Below, piece by piece: positions 1 through 15,688 of a DNA stretch of 64,000 bases (positions are counted from its first letter, which is position 1; the number at the start of each line of letters is the position of its first letter). The DNA is taken from the NCBI GenBank assembly GCA_043228905.1, contig JBHGNT010000013.1:14508001-14572000 (forward strand), read 5' to 3'. The notes under the pieces are model-generated. The model had not been told where the DNA came from. It ran no database searches and saw only the letters and a list, made by a program, of their open reading frames with translations. The translations under genes were made by a program, and so were the position numbers. The DNA comes from Azolla caroliniana (taxonomy: Eukaryota; Plantae; Polypodiophyta).

Positions 1-3000
1 TTAGCATATTCGTGCCACCACTGGGAACAGTCAGTCATGTGGTACATTGCCTCTCATTAAACATTTTCCATGCTCATTTACTTTCATGTCCTAGGAACAA
101 GCAATACAGGTGTATCCTAGGAACATTAAATATGATCTCTTCATCTTCCTCACAAGACATTGGAAGGTTTTTCTTGCTTGTTTGTGCGTACAAATTCCCC
201 AAGCTACTTAACATTGCAGGTGTGTCCTTGTAAATAAAGAAGGAAAGACTGCAACATCTGTATATAAGACCAAACAAGAGTTTACTTCTTAATTTTCTGT
301 TTTGAAAATCAGGAAGTGAAACATTTATTGTCTATTTTTAATTCAAACATCTCTTGGAAAGAATCTCTTGCTTCATAGAAAAACGGAAATGAAGTATACT
401 CGCATCAGAATTATATATATAATGATAAAAAGTAAGAAAGACAACACTTCATTGTAATAGAATTAGCAAAGAGAATAACTTGTTTTACCTTTTTAGAATG
501 TAAAATTCACCACAAAAACCCATCAGGATTTCCAACCGCTTCTTATATTCTCCTAATGTCGATGTTTGCATATACTCCTCCAGACTGCAATAAGGACAAA
601 CACACGATGAAAATGAATATATGCCATATAGAATTAATGGCAAAACAAAACACATCTCTTCTAGGGTACCTCGCAATTGTAGGTTCCAGTTCGCACTCTG
701 AACTTAATCCAGAAGCTGGATGCAGCACTTTATACAATGGAAACCATAACTGCAGGAACATTATATAAAACTAAGAAAGGGTTCATCCTGAAACGATCCT
801 ATATTCAGAGTACCGATGTAAACAGACAAGGGTTGCAAACTGCAAGTTGCTTACCTTATCAGCTTGAGTCTCACATTCAAGTTCCACCTTTTCGAGCAAA
901 ACAGTCCAGTATTGGAGCTCAAACCTTCTCCATCGTGACACCAAGTATTGTAAACCATCCAAGATCACTACAGAATTGAAAGTATTAGGCCCAAAGAATA
1001 TAATTAAAATAAGACATTCGTACACAGTGGCATAAAAAAGCATTTCCTTGTTCTCAAATTACCAGCTAATGACAAATGCTTTGGAGAATTCTCCTCCCAT
1101 AACTGAGCTTTTGAAAGAAGATGCTCTACTCCAGTCAAGGCCTGCCAATATTTAAAATCAGTTTGGGGTCTGACCAATAATGGTACACGTCAAGAATTCC
1201 AGTAATCTATATTAACCTTCATGAGAGGAACAGTAATGGGTAGAGATAGCAGAGCTTGTACACCACGCATTAGCTGAAGCAGAGAAGGTTGGTCTGGCCA
1301 CTCAGCAAGAAGTTCAGAGATTCTGTCTTTTAAGCTTGCCAATGGATTCAAAAGACATGCCAGTTCTACTGGACATGCATCCTGTAAAAAAATTCAATGA
1401 TCTTGTAACGAATTTTTAATTTGTGTAAATATTGGTCTTTCCAATTCCAAGTATTAAAGACTACAAACCTGATATATGTTGAAGCTCTTTGCATTTTCGG
1501 CAGGTGTCAAAAGTTTTTCATGCTCCAAAGAAAGCATTAGCATATGAGATGAAATTATTTTCTCATTCACACTTGCTGGGAGTAGAGCTCCTACACCTGA
1601 AATATACGACACATGTATGCTGAAAACATGCTGGAAATTACTGATCATAAAGGAGACATATACACTCCACAAGTAGAATTCTGTTCCTTCAAGCCCATTA
1701 CCCAATATTTCCTAGTTCTCATCACATAGATCTCTTTTGAAAAGGATTGTATCAAATCGCTTAAGTAGACCCTTAGAGAATCATATTCTATTAATCAATT
1801 GTAAAAGTTATGCAGACAGAATGACATATAAACATATACTACAAAAGGCAACCTTCAAGAATAGTTGCCCCTGCATCATATGCAAAAGTAAAAGTACGTA
1901 AGTGTTGCTCATCGGAAATAGCCATCGAATCGAATTCCTGAAATCATGTAGAAAGTGTAACAATTTCAGAATATTAACATTACGAATTTTCAGGATATCA
2001 ACAACATCACCATTAGCTTGAAAGGAGCAAGGAGCAAAACTGAGAAATCAAGCTCACCATTTTCCGACGATTCCAAAGACCAAAAGCACTATTATGTAAA
2101 TCAGTAATTTCCCTGCTGATAACTTCTCCATATTCCTTCCACACCTGGTCTAAGACATTAAAGCTTTTATCATCTGTCACTATGATCTTTTCATCCTCAG
2201 GTAGTTCCTGCAGAGCATGGAATTAATATTAGATGGAGAGATCTTATTTAACATTAGGAAAACTAAATAACATGAAGTGCCAATATTAACTATCGAAATT
2301 TATCTTTACATACCACCTCTGAAGATTCATTTTGAGAATCAAAAGTCCCTATATAGTCAGGGAACATCTCTTTGTAAAATTCCTCGTCATGATCTAATTC
2401 TGAACCCATTGAATGTGAACCCTGCTTGAATTGTATCAAAGCATGTTCTTCATCCATCTTTGCATCTCTTTTCTCCACCATCTCACTCCAAAACACAGAG
2501 ACTGCGTGAAACACTTCCATAAGAACCTGGAATCACCAACATAAGACTGCGTGAAACACTTCCAAAACACAGAGACATGCTGAAATAGTTTAAAAAAGGA
2601 AGGAAAGTCAAAGCATGGTCCCATTCACAAGTGACTGTGGCACCCTGAATTCCTCAAGTGACTCTGCCACTCAATGATGATGGACATCAAGAAAATGGCT
2701 CCATCAAATATAAGTTTCAGCCTCAGGTCTCACCTTCAACGATTCACCATATGTCATACGAGAATGCATTACTTTTTTCTTGATGTATGCTATTGTAGAG
2801 CGGAGAACCTTGACCTTCAGCTTTGTGAGCAAAACCTGTAATAGGTATTCTGTTTAGATGAAACGACAAACCCATGGCTGAAAAATTCCAACAAATAGTT
2901 TTCAGCTTAATTCCATAAATCATAACAAACTAATTCTAAAATTTAATTTTGAAGTGTTCACTGTTTAAGTTCATATTCACATGTATCATTAATTGAGGCT

Positions 3001-6000
3001 ATATTGTAATTAACCTTCACGCCTAGGAGTGTTGTTTATCAATACTTGCACATCAAGCTATGCTACTTTGTGGATTTCCGAAAAGCCTTTGCCTTTGACA
3101 TCTGCCACGTGCTTGGCTTATGCAACGGCTAGAAGTCCTTGGTGTTCCTACAGATATGCAACGGGGAATCTATGCACTCTATGGCACTCTATGAATCCGT
3201 GTCAGGAAAAGTGCGGTCTTCCAAGGGTTTGTCAGAGGCGGTGGCTACCACAATCGGAGTGAAGCAAGGATGCCCACTATCACCCAATCTCTTCGGTCTC
3301 TATATAGACAAGGTATCAAATTACATAGAGAGTTTGGGGGTTCGGGAGTTTGCCTAGTAAGTATAGTTATACAAATATTACTATATACTGATGATATTGT
3401 GCTAAGTATAAATACAATACCCCCATTCCAATATAGCTTGGACTCTCGCCATCTAAATATGACCAAAGTGGAAAAGAATAGACTGATCCAAACTGATATT
3501 ATTTACTTCGAAAACAAGATAACACCCCAAAATATCACTGGTACGAAGATAGGGAGATACCATTGCCTCTTTAAACAAGGCTTTGGCCCACTACGCAAGG
3601 TAATGGAATGTGAGGACCAACACTGCATAGGACTTTTCTTGCTAGAACACAAAGAGAGAAATAGGGAAATGTCGTTAGAAGGACAACAATACAGCCACAC
3701 AAGCTCATCCACAAAGAACAATCACAACTTTCTTTAGCCCCATCACTCCTACTAATGCTACAAGTCAGTCAAGGGATACATAAATGGGCACCCAACCAGG
3801 ACATAACAAAGGGGTTACAATAGATCAGTCAATAGCAATTTGTCGTGCACGTAGGCCCCAGCCCCATGTCATCGACTGATAAAGGCTATTATCTCCTGCC
3901 ATCGAAAGTGACCTCTCCATTCTGGATCGACCTATGCTAGAGATCTTTCGAAGACAAAAGTCATAATATACCTAACATGAGAATCTCACATGAGCCGAAA
4001 ACCAGATTCTTTCGTCTCTTTTTATCTTATTTACTTTTATATTTACTGAGTAATATTTAGTTTATTTTGATTTGCTGTTCTCAAAGACAAGACAACACTT
4101 AAGATGGAATCTCTTGTTTGGTCTTATTGGCCATTTTGGCATCTTAAAAGACATTAATATTTCTTTCTTTCTAACATTCCTAACAGTGCTCTAATATTTA
4201 ATTCCATTCATACCTCTTTTTCCTTTTCATCAGTTGCCTGAATACCTCTACACTCCATTGACGCAATGAATCCTTTTCCCAGAAAATAATCTGCATAGAC
4301 CATATCAACTGAAACATTCTTCTGCTTTTTATCACAGAATATGTCACTCCTGCTTGGATACTCCATTAGCGCACAGAGGGCTTCCTGCAAATGTGCATGA
4401 CGTATCCAAGTTAAGATATTAAACAAATAACGTATCCAATCATTGTGTATGATATAATTCGTTATCTATGTATTACTTACATGCAAGTAAATTTCATCTG
4501 TAACTGTAGACCCATACTTTAAGAATTTTTCTTGCAGGAAAGAAGACAGAAGCAATGATAACCCCAACTTTAATTCAAATACAAACAATTGGATGGGCTG
4601 TGCAAGATCTTGATAATCTGGATAATCAGATTTTAGACGACATATGAATTCCCAAGCAATTTCCTGCATAGAAATTTTGCATTGTTACGTCTATATTAAC
4701 AATAATCAATAGAGCCAGAAAAAAAATGCATGAGTTCTTTGCAACCTGCCACTGGTATATTTCATGCATAATTTGGTCTATTGATAGATTTCCAAGCCCA
4801 TGCTCTAGTTGAGCAATCCAGGTAAAGGTGTTGCCAACACTATCCAAAGACTTGACAAACCGCTCAATCTCCTTAAACAAGGTTTGAATTTTTCCAGCTT
4901 GACTACGATAGACACACTTCAAATTATGGAGCAACGTTAGACTACATTTACGAGTATTTACTGTTGACAACGTCAAATTAAAACATTATAATTTTCAGAT
5001 GTCTTGTATGCATTTTACACCTTAGAAGCAGCATCAGACCTCTCTGCTTCTAGCTCTTTGATCTTTAACTCCAGTTCAGAATAACATCTTGTCTTTGAGC
5101 CTCCTCTTATAATACAATCACTCTGCTGCCTTACCTGAAAGAAACAATCCACCATCGTTAAGCACAAGGTACAGAAAATTGCTTCATAGGTGTGCCTCTT
5201 TATACATTGATTTGGATGGTACCTCTAACTCAAGCTTTACATCTGCAATTTGCTGTGAGATGATTTCATACTCATAAGAATATTTTGTTACAGGATCATA
5301 AGGTATGTCCGGTAACATTAACCTTAAACGTATAGACCCCAACAGTATCCATACCTTTGCAAGAATAGATTGGGCCTCTGTAAACATACGTAATCTCACA
5401 TATCATTATATACAAATATTTGATGATAACCATAAAAGAATGTTAAATACCTGTGTACAATAACTTTAGGTGCCACTTGCCATACAACAAATCTACACAA
5501 AGATCAATATGAGTAGTAACTAAAGACACAAATTTCTGATCACTTGACTTCCTTAAAAGAACTTGAAGCAGCGGGATTATTTTCCTGCCAGCTTTGTCAT
5601 CCTGAAAATAATCCATAGACATGGTAAGATTGAAATATGAGGTCATCAATGACAGTCTTTACCAGGTACACAGCAATCAGACAGAAAACATCAAAATAAT
5701 ACCAGAATGCAGGGAAAAAAGATAATTTCTAAAGAAGGTAAGGAGTGTTGTACAAGACACCTGTAGTTTTTCCAGATGTAAATTCGTTACCAGCCACTGC
5801 AATTGGACTCTTTCACATTCCGTGAACGTCTTAGCATAAGCGGTTATTATCTATACAACAAAACCGAAAATAATCTTTGGGAACCCACTAAAGTGCTTGA
5901 GTGGATAAAAGGACAATCGAGAAAAGGTTTGGTACCTGACAAAAAACTGAGCTAGCTAAGAGAAACTCAGCTTTCTCACAGTTTTGAATTCCTTCTCTTC

Positions 6001-9000
6001 TGCTCCATAAGACTTTCCCAACTACACTAAGTTCCGCAACCTTAACATTATACTCACTCACAGGCATTGTACTCTTTCTGCACCAAACATTTCAGTATCA
6101 CAATTTTAGCACAATAAAAAACGACACAAAAAGAACCCAACATAAAATCTAATAACAAGAAAATGCACTCACATTAAGCTTGCTAATTTTGCACTGTCAG
6201 ATGCATTATAGAGATGAGTTGGGCCTACATTTGCATTCCTTACAAGAGATACATGATCCTGAAAGCTCGCGAGTTTCCAGATATTCAAATACAAATGGAA
6301 AGAGAAAACCCGCTAAACAATGAAGTATAATGATAAATAGTATACATCTCGACAACATTTAGTTCATTGCATGACAACAATTGTCGTCCGGGCATACCAG
6401 ATCATTTACTTGGTAATTATTCCAAGAAGTGGGGTGCCAATTATAATATAGCTGATGAGCAACATTTCGAAAATGTTTTGTCAATAAATTCTTTTCAATC
6501 TCTCCATCTGAAATATAGCAGGCCAGTAACAGAAATTAGATCAGATGGTTTTCCCGACATCATCAAGATGGAAATCTACATTACCTATATAAACAAATCA
6601 ACAAGTAAAATATAGAAAGTAGATCAAGAACTTCCATAACTCCTCAACCCAAAAAACAGACAATGGGCAAAAAACAAGGAAAATGGGTAGTCTATGGTCA
6701 TGGCACTGCTGTCCAATAAGAAATCAGACAATGGGCAACACAGATACAACTCTCCCTCCTAACCTATCTGGTAGACGAGCCAAAAATGCTATCAAACTCA
6801 CATTCGTTTCTTGTTGATGTTACCAATAAATTACAGGTTGGACAAGTAGGGAACCAGCCACAAACATTCTAAAGGGGTTACAGCTACAGAGACCTCTATA
6901 TCTTGGACAACATCATTTTCAAAAACTTTAAAAGCCAGAAGTTTAGGTTCATCTAAGCTCAAAATGATGTTTGGTTACACATCAGAATATATCAACATTT
7001 TTCTTCAAGAGCATTGATCTGCTTAGCCCAGCGTTTGATCTATAGCCATAGTACATTAGCCACTTTTGTTAATTTATTTATGTGTACGTTGGTTTATTAT
7101 CCAAGTTGAGAACATTTTCAGATGTAATCTCTCATTAGCTCCATAGTGAGTAAATGGTAAACCTAGCTCCACCCCCCTGATGCACATTCAGAGCAGACTT
7201 CCTGCTACATCAATCATAAGATAAGCAGGCAAATTTATTTTTCTTTAAAAGTTGAGGATAGAGCATCTTGCCTGCATTTGAATTAATGAGCCACACAAGC
7301 TGCTGATGTGGCACATAATCCATGGGAGACCTTGATGAAAATTTTATAGAAAAATCAAGAAATTCAACAAGCTCCTTCTTCACTCCAGAGAACTGTTAAA
7401 TAAAAAATCATATGCTCTATATACATATTACAAAAAATTTAAAAAAGAAAGTCAAATCAATTATAGTATGATCTTCCAACCTTATCCTGAGATACATCCG
7501 ATCCATTGGTATACTGCAGTTTGCTGTTTATATCAGACACCGAGGCAATTATAATCCTATCCCATCGTAAACAGAATGAATCCAGCCATTGTATAGAAGC
7601 CAAATCTTGAGGTCTTGTAGTATTGAGCAGAACATTATAGTACTCGTGATCTTCAAGGAAATGCGATGGCAAATATCTATAATCTTTAGGAATGCCTAAT
7701 TGTTTAGGATTCTCAGCTTTATCTTCATTTTGCCGCCATCGGAGATCCTACAGAGATGAGAAACAAGATTAATATTACACATAACGCATCAAACTGTATA
7801 TATTATGGAATGAAAAACTTCCAGAGCAGCTATACTCGAGAAGAGTAGTTCGAATTGCTAATTCAGTGGACCAATATGTACCTTTATTAAATCATTTATT
7901 TCAGGGATAGCTCTGATTGACTGATCATTCATTGCTAAATTATCCTGCCTCTGAGTTTGCATGCCACAGAGAAGCCACAATGCCATGCTTATTCCTGCAG
8001 CACAATCTTGTATTTAGTGAATTGTAACAGTAGGAATTGTATGATGCAAATGCATGTCATGCATCTCATCCGTTGATGGACAAACATGTACCAACAAATA
8101 AATTATCCATTATTTGCCGATTTGAAATCAGCCAGCCAAACCATAGCACGTAATATACTCGAATGTATTGGCAAACATTCTTTTTCATACGAATGAGAAC
8201 GAATGTGTATGTTATCAAAACCTTCTTATTGTTTTTTTTACGCTTTTACCTTAAAAAAATTACCTTATAATAAATAATGAATACAAAAGTATGGTATTTG
8301 CCATACTTTGAGGGTGTTTACCATACTTGAATGATTGAAACATTCTTGAATGTGAATGCATGTATGGTACGTATGGTTCATACTATGAGCCAAACCATTA
8401 GTCACCTTGATGTTTTGTATATTTCTTTATATATATTACCTCTCTGGAGAGCAATAATTATCAAATAAAATATCCTGAATTGCATTTCTCAGAAAATTGT
8501 GATGCATTTGTCATATGCAATGAATTCGAATATCAGAACAATTATCTAGCATGCTCTAATAACAACAAACTTCAACACATCATATTTGCATGTACTAAAA
8601 GAAAGATTGCCTCGTCGAGATACAATAATAATCACCATCTAAATATATCACATCTCAAGTACAAAAAGTAAGACTTCCCTCCCACCTTCAAGCGTAAGTC
8701 GACGAAACATCTCAGTAGTTGTAAGTCTCTGATCATTTCCATTTCCTGGATTCTCTGGCATTATCAGATATATCATTAATATCAAGGTTCAAGATAAATT
8801 TCTGGTATTACCAGAATTCTAAAATTGTTGACAACTACAATCACTATAATCCTACTTTCAGCATTACCTGGCCACAATCCATGACAGAATTTGAGTATTT
8901 CCTGTAGCTGATCAAAGGCTTCCTTTGATCTGGGAACAGAGGGGTGGCCACAATTCTTCCACAAATAAAGTTTTAGTACTCCATATTGTTCACGAAAAAG

Positions 9001-12000
9001 TCTATCGATAATTGCAAACACCTCTACAACATTCTGCATTACCTGCCCAAGTGAAGAGGACCTTTATTGTCAAATCCGAAGGAAATCATCTGTAATTAAC
9101 GCCAAAAACTATATAAATCTATTACCTTACTTAACCTTTCCTTCGGTTCAGAGATTTTTCGAATCAGATCTCCTCCACTCTGTTTTAGCTTTTTCCAAGA
9201 CACCACTAACTGCTGTGTTTGAAAGCCTGATTTTCGTTCATGCATAACCCTCCAAAATAGCTTATGACTGTCCACAAATCTCAGAAATTCCTTGTATATA
9301 GGATCATTGTCAGAAGAGCAGCACCAGAGGATAATGTCTTCCTCTAAAGTTCTTAGAAGTTCAAAGAGTGGATATAATACTCCAATCAAGTCCTTCCAAT
9401 CAAATGTTTTCATTCTATCAAATTTATTGCTTGAATGATATCTGAAAGATTGAATAATCAAATTTTCTGCTCTAATTGACCCATCATGCTGTGATTGTAA
9501 ATAAACATCATCTTCAATTTGCCACTGCAGCAATGTATGTAGAAAAACACCACTCAACAGAACTTGCTTTGTTTCCCTATTTTCATGCTTTAATAAGTTA
9601 ATCCTGCTGAATATGGGATGATCCAATTGTCTTTGAAGGACTTTAGTAAAAAGCACCAAAGAGTTGCAGTATAAACCAATTCTTGACATCTGGTTTTTTA
9701 ACCACACCAATCGGATTCTTTTACCAGAGGTTGTACCTGCTTGTTCAATCATCCACATTGCAGCATATAGAATCTTGTGGTCCAAATTTACATTATCTGT
9801 ACAAGTTACTTCTGAGTGCATAGCTCCTGATGATGGATACAGGAAGAACTGAAGCAGTGAAACTGGAAACATAGAGGATAACTCCTTCTGACTTTGGACC
9901 TGCATATAATGTTTTTTCCTACTGCTAATTTTCATTTTAGGAAAAGCTGATCCAATTTTATAAGCAACTTGCTCGCCTATTAAATGATGTAGATAAATGC
10001 AATCATGTTTGGCAACTGTCTCAAGAGACGTCCTCACAAATTGCTTAATGCTTAACACATGAGGCCATCCACCAGGGATCTGCAAGGTTAACGAAGACCG
10101 CATGATTGATGCAGTGCTCAATGCAGAAAAATGTGCATCAAAGATGTGCAATGATTCAGACCGTGCTCTTCCATCCTCGAGACCATGAACATAAATCTGA
10201 TTCCAGCTGCAACTAAGGCTTTCTAATAGTCCAGAACCGCCCTCAAATAATTGCCAGAACAACCTGACCCATTGGTGAAGCTCCCTTAAAGAGAAAGTAT
10301 GGCCCGATATCAAAGTATTTGCAGTTTCAACTTCAGTGTGAGCTTTCCACATAGAATTCACAAGAGCCATGCTAGGTAGACCCATACTTATTAAATATTG
10401 TTTTACATCATCAGATGTTTTTTCTGATGCACTGTGTGTACCAAGCAGATAGTCATCTTGGACCATGGTGTACGGTTGCATAACACAAATTTCAACACCA
10501 CGGTTGCGCATTGCCCTTGAAATCTCCCCATGCATGGGATCTACTGTAAGAAAGAGACGAAAATTAGGGTGTGCCTGAAGCATCATAGGTTTATTATCAA
10601 TAAGCCCCCGTTCATTTACTAGTATAGATCCATCTGGTTCCAGCAGTGGATTCAACCTATCAAGAACCTATATGACAACATAAGAAAGGATCAATTCGGG
10701 GAAAATTAAGACTTGATTTATAATTTCCTGTTGACAACTTACTGTTGGATTACAGAGATTTGCGTTCTCGAGTAGCACCCAATCCCCATTTTGAACAGCC
10801 CTCAAAAATCCACCATCTACCCATTCAAAGTGTTGTGTATTATCGTCACTGTCTGTTTTGTTTTTTATCTCCATCAGTTTGGTCTCAAGCTTTTCAACAT
10901 CAGGGACTATGCACAAGTCAAGAATACAAGCAATGTTCCGTATTTGAGCCAAAACCTTGCAAATTAAATTTATTCCCAATGAATCAAGCGTATGACTTCC
11001 CCAGCTTCGCCTAAACTTATTTTGACTTTTGCAGGTACCCTGTAATCTTACTTTAACAGATTTTTCGAACGTTGCCCAATCTGCCATTATAGCCCTCACC
11101 AAAGGAGGTCGTGAATCAACTGCGAGCTTATCAAAAGATGTAGTGAGACAAAGGCTACATGTCATTTTAACAAGATAATGCACTTTGCTGACCAGTTGCT
11201 CCCAAGACCGAGATAAATCATATTGCTCAAAGCATCCAAGAAGATCAGTAGTATCAGTACCACTAGATAATGAGAATTCTTGAAGTGAATTTCCTGTGAG
11301 TTTTGCTAATAACCTAACTAAAGAGGTCTTCCCACATGCAGCTGGACCAACTAAAATGCACATCCAGTTGTTCTGTACGCAAAATGTCATCGATTCTAAG
11401 CACTTCACTTGACTAGAAAGGAAGGCGTTGTCATCATTATGACTCCATGTTTGAGGTCCATCTAGCCTCCTGAGAGTAGCACTGCCAACTGTTATGTGTT
11501 CCGTATCTATGTGCATTTTTGGAAAAATTTCAATACTTGCAGGATATTGGAAAACATCCTCAAATAGCTTTAAAACCTTGGATCGGTCCTCCCCACTCCG
11601 CATCCTTTGCAAATATATCACTTCCAAGAAGTTTGTGGTGCAATTACCCCTACCTGGAATTGTTACATAGCAGACAGAATAGGTTGAAATGATTAGAGTA
11701 CCATAAAACGTTTACAGAAAACAATGCATCTAAACAATGTAGTCACCTCCTATAAGTGTGCACGATCGGAGAACATCACGCAGATTAAACTCCCAAGGTG
11801 CACCTAAACGGCCATAGCTGCGAGAAATCATAGTGTCTTGAAAAATTCTAGAATTAAACTGGATTAGTTTCTCAAGAAATGGCTTTGGTACTTCAGGAAA
11901 TAAGGCACTTGAGATGTACAAAAAGTCCTCCTCAGAAAGTGCATCAACGTACACCTGTCATCACAGACACACATAACCTTCATAACTAATATTGAATAAG

Positions 12001-15000
12001 ATTATTTTGGAAGTGGTTTGTAGAGCTACCTTTGTGAACCGATTTAAGAAAGAGCGTGGGAGATTTTTTCTGCCACCTCCCTGTGCAGATGGATTTTGAC
12101 AAGCAAATATTCTGAAATCAGGATGGCATTTGAATACCCGCCCAAGTTCTGGAATAAAGATCTCACCACGATGGTCTAAGCATGCATTCAAACCCTGTTC
12201 CGAGAAAAAGACATAGATATCGATTGTAAACTGCCAATTAAATAAAAATAACATGTGTCGAAAATGTTGCAGATTCCTACCTCCAACACTGACTGAGAAG
12301 CTAGATTCAATTCATCTAATACAACCCATTTGCCAGCTTTTAATGCCTACAATCAAAAATGATAATATCAACGAATCAATCTATCTCTCGAATACTGATA
12401 AATCCATCATGAATCTAGTTATATCAAATAATGTAGTGATTCTATACTTGACATAATCTAGACCGAATACTCAATAAAAAGCAAATATTACTTAATGCCC
12501 TATACTTGGCATAATCTGGATTTGCAATCAACATAATGAAATACGCATTCCGCAAATACATGGAAAATTACATTCCAATTCAGTGGCTCAAAATACAAAG
12601 CTCCCATTATCCAAAACAGTAAGGTGACATAAAATAAATGGAAAGTATAACTGTTGATGGTATATAACATACATAAACTCTAGATTTCAGTAATTGTTCA
12701 CAGAGAATAAATTAGTAATCATCAAGGGTAGAAAACATTTGCCAAATTTGATCATCACTGCTATATCTATTTTTAGATAGAGAAAAACTAAATTACCAAG
12801 ATGGAAGTGCGTGCTGGAGGGTGACATCCCTAGAACTAATCTATCCCTTCTACACACAGTCTCTCTACACGTTTTTCTCTCTCTAGATTCATTTTATACA
12901 GCATTTATTTCATTTGACTTTCTGGAACTGCCATTGCTTTATTACAACATTTACTACACCGTTTTTTCTCTCCTCCATAACTCACATGCTTCTAGGCATA
13001 TTTTACCCCATTTTATATATCTATTTGTTACAAAACCCACTCTCATTTTTGTATTTGAAGGTTTTGAGCCTCACTAAGGAATATGGTTTTTGTTGAATTT
13101 CTTTTTCTTCTACTGCTCGTCTCTTTGGCATCTTACAGCTATTCATAACAGTTTTCTCACACTGCAACCCTTGATTTAGGCATATTTACATCAGGGAATT
13201 TATCGCCACATTAGCCTAGTATGAAAAGCTCATCAACCTCTACAGCCCATCCCATTTTATAAATCTATTTGTTACAAAACCCACTCTCATTTTTGTATTT
13301 GAAGGCTTTGAGCCTCACTAAGGAATATGGTTTTTGTTGAGTTTCTTTTTCTTCTGCTGCTTGTCTCTTTGGCATCTTACAGCTATTCATAACAGTTTTC
13401 TCACACTGCAAGCCTTGATTTAGGCATACTTACATCATGGAGTTTATCGCCACATTAGCCTAGTATGAAAAGCCTATCAACCTCTACATATGACTGTTGT
13501 TTATAAATCATGGAATGTCAATATAAGTAAGCACGACTATGTAACATGTGTCTCCATGATAATAACGTAATATTAAGTACAGCAATTTCAGATAATCAAT
13601 GGCTTGAAGGCAAAAAAGGGATAAACTCATATTCAGGTATTCTGAAGTTAAGAAAGAAAGAAGAAAGAAAGAATACTATCATCTTTTAAGAGGCCAAAAT
13701 GGCCTATAAGACCAAACAAGAGATTATCAACAACAATATAACTCACTTGCAAAAATACCCCATCTGACCAGCTAAAGTCAGCTCGTTTGCCTTCAGTTGG
13801 AAGATCTGATCCAAGAAGATCCATCATATCTGTCTGCAGTAAAAACACTAGGCAATTAATAAGGTGTATTAGCAACAATTATTAACAGTGACCTTTCTCA
13901 TTTGTTCACCTGTTCAGATAAGTTTATCCTCACTAATGAATGGCACGATATGTTTGCAAGAGCAGCAATCAAGCTTGTTTTCCCTACTCCAGGGCTGCCT
14001 TCAATCAGCACTAAAATGAAACACAAATAAACATCCATATAAAACTAGCTTGCTCATTCTACAGATAAGATTTCATTGCTGGATACAAAGAGTCACCTGG
14101 TTTTGGCAGCTGCATGGCACGAAGAATCCGGAAAGTATTAATGCTGGTCGTAGGTGCCATCATTTCATACGACACAACCCTGGGTTGTATGCATCCTGCA
14201 GTTACCCAGGAAATTACTTTTTAAATATCAAAAAACAATGTGTCCAATTATTGAATTCACCATGGTATCTCAAATCACAAAATAGAAAGCTCATCTGAAA
14301 TTGAATACTTGCCTTTAGAGATAAGAAAAGGATTAATGCCAACATTTTCAGAAGATGAACATAGATGATTAGCATGTATCATTGTGTCGTCCTCAAAATC
14401 ATCTTTGTTAATCTGTGAATTCTGTAAACATAGAAAACAACACTCAAATATTATCTTCACATTATATTTACAAAGTTGAAGAGAAGTTGTCTAGCACTAC
14501 CAATGGTATCTGCTGTAGTAAAAAGTTGAGGCATTTATTCTTTAATCCCTTTATAGACTCATTTGACAAGCCTGTACAAGTTTTAAGATCGTATCAGATG
14601 TGAAAAAAATTCTCATTATTCCCACCACTTTCAAATTCCTAACAATGAGGAAATATACCTAATCCAACTCCATCAAGAACCACAAGGAAGGCCCCGTGAA
14701 TTAATGCTTTATACATTCCAATGTTACATTCAACGGTGTTTATAAAATTGATCCAAGACAATAGGTCTCTCACAGTAAGGGATCTTCCAATATTCTGTTG
14801 CTGAAACCACTGTTGTCAGAGAAAAAGTGATATCAGTAGTGACATGATTATAAATACGCACCAGGTGAGTTATTTATTTGGTAATTATGAAACCAACCTT
14901 CCAGAAGCTCAGAAGAGGATCTACCAATGCCTCCAGGTGAGAATGCAAGAAGCTGCATTAGAAATAAAAATTAAATCAGTGACAAAAGCAACAAAGAAGT

Positions 15001-15657
15001 ATGTTATGTTCAGAATGAAGAAAGCTGCATTAGTAATCACTTTCCTATGCAACCCAAAGGACAAGAACACATGAATCTCGTGCATATCTGTGAATCAAAA
15101 AGATAACAAAAATATCTCTGCTGGTGAGATTGAGAGTCCATAAATGAAGGATTACCGTGCACTAATAATGTTTCTAATATCTTCTTCGTCTACAATTGCT
15201 GGAACCCAAATTTCTGTGAATCTGTTTCTCAACGCAGGAGAAAGCTCTTTCTTGCCAAAATCACCACCAGGGTTCATTGTGGCCATCAACAAAAAATTTG
15301 GATGTGCTACAAGCTCCTCCAAATTCGATCCTCCCTTCTCTGCAAGTACCTACATAAAATGGTCTTTATATACCTTAGTGACAAGATGAACACAAATGCA
15401 TCAGATGAACAATATTAAATATATTGGAAATTCTAGAAATAAGATTTTATAACAAAACAATACTTTTAGGTTTTTTAATCTTACTCAAAGTTTCATGTGC
15501 AGCAAATAAGCATGGGCAAAACTGAATTCTGCCAAATTTTGAACTGAGTTTTTGTATGTAGTACCCATATGCCAATGTGTTCCTTATATCCCATTAACAA
15601 TGTGTTTTATTATCAGTGTGCCAAAGAAATTGAATATATATTATTATATTATTATAT

Positions 15658-15688
<31 letters not shown>

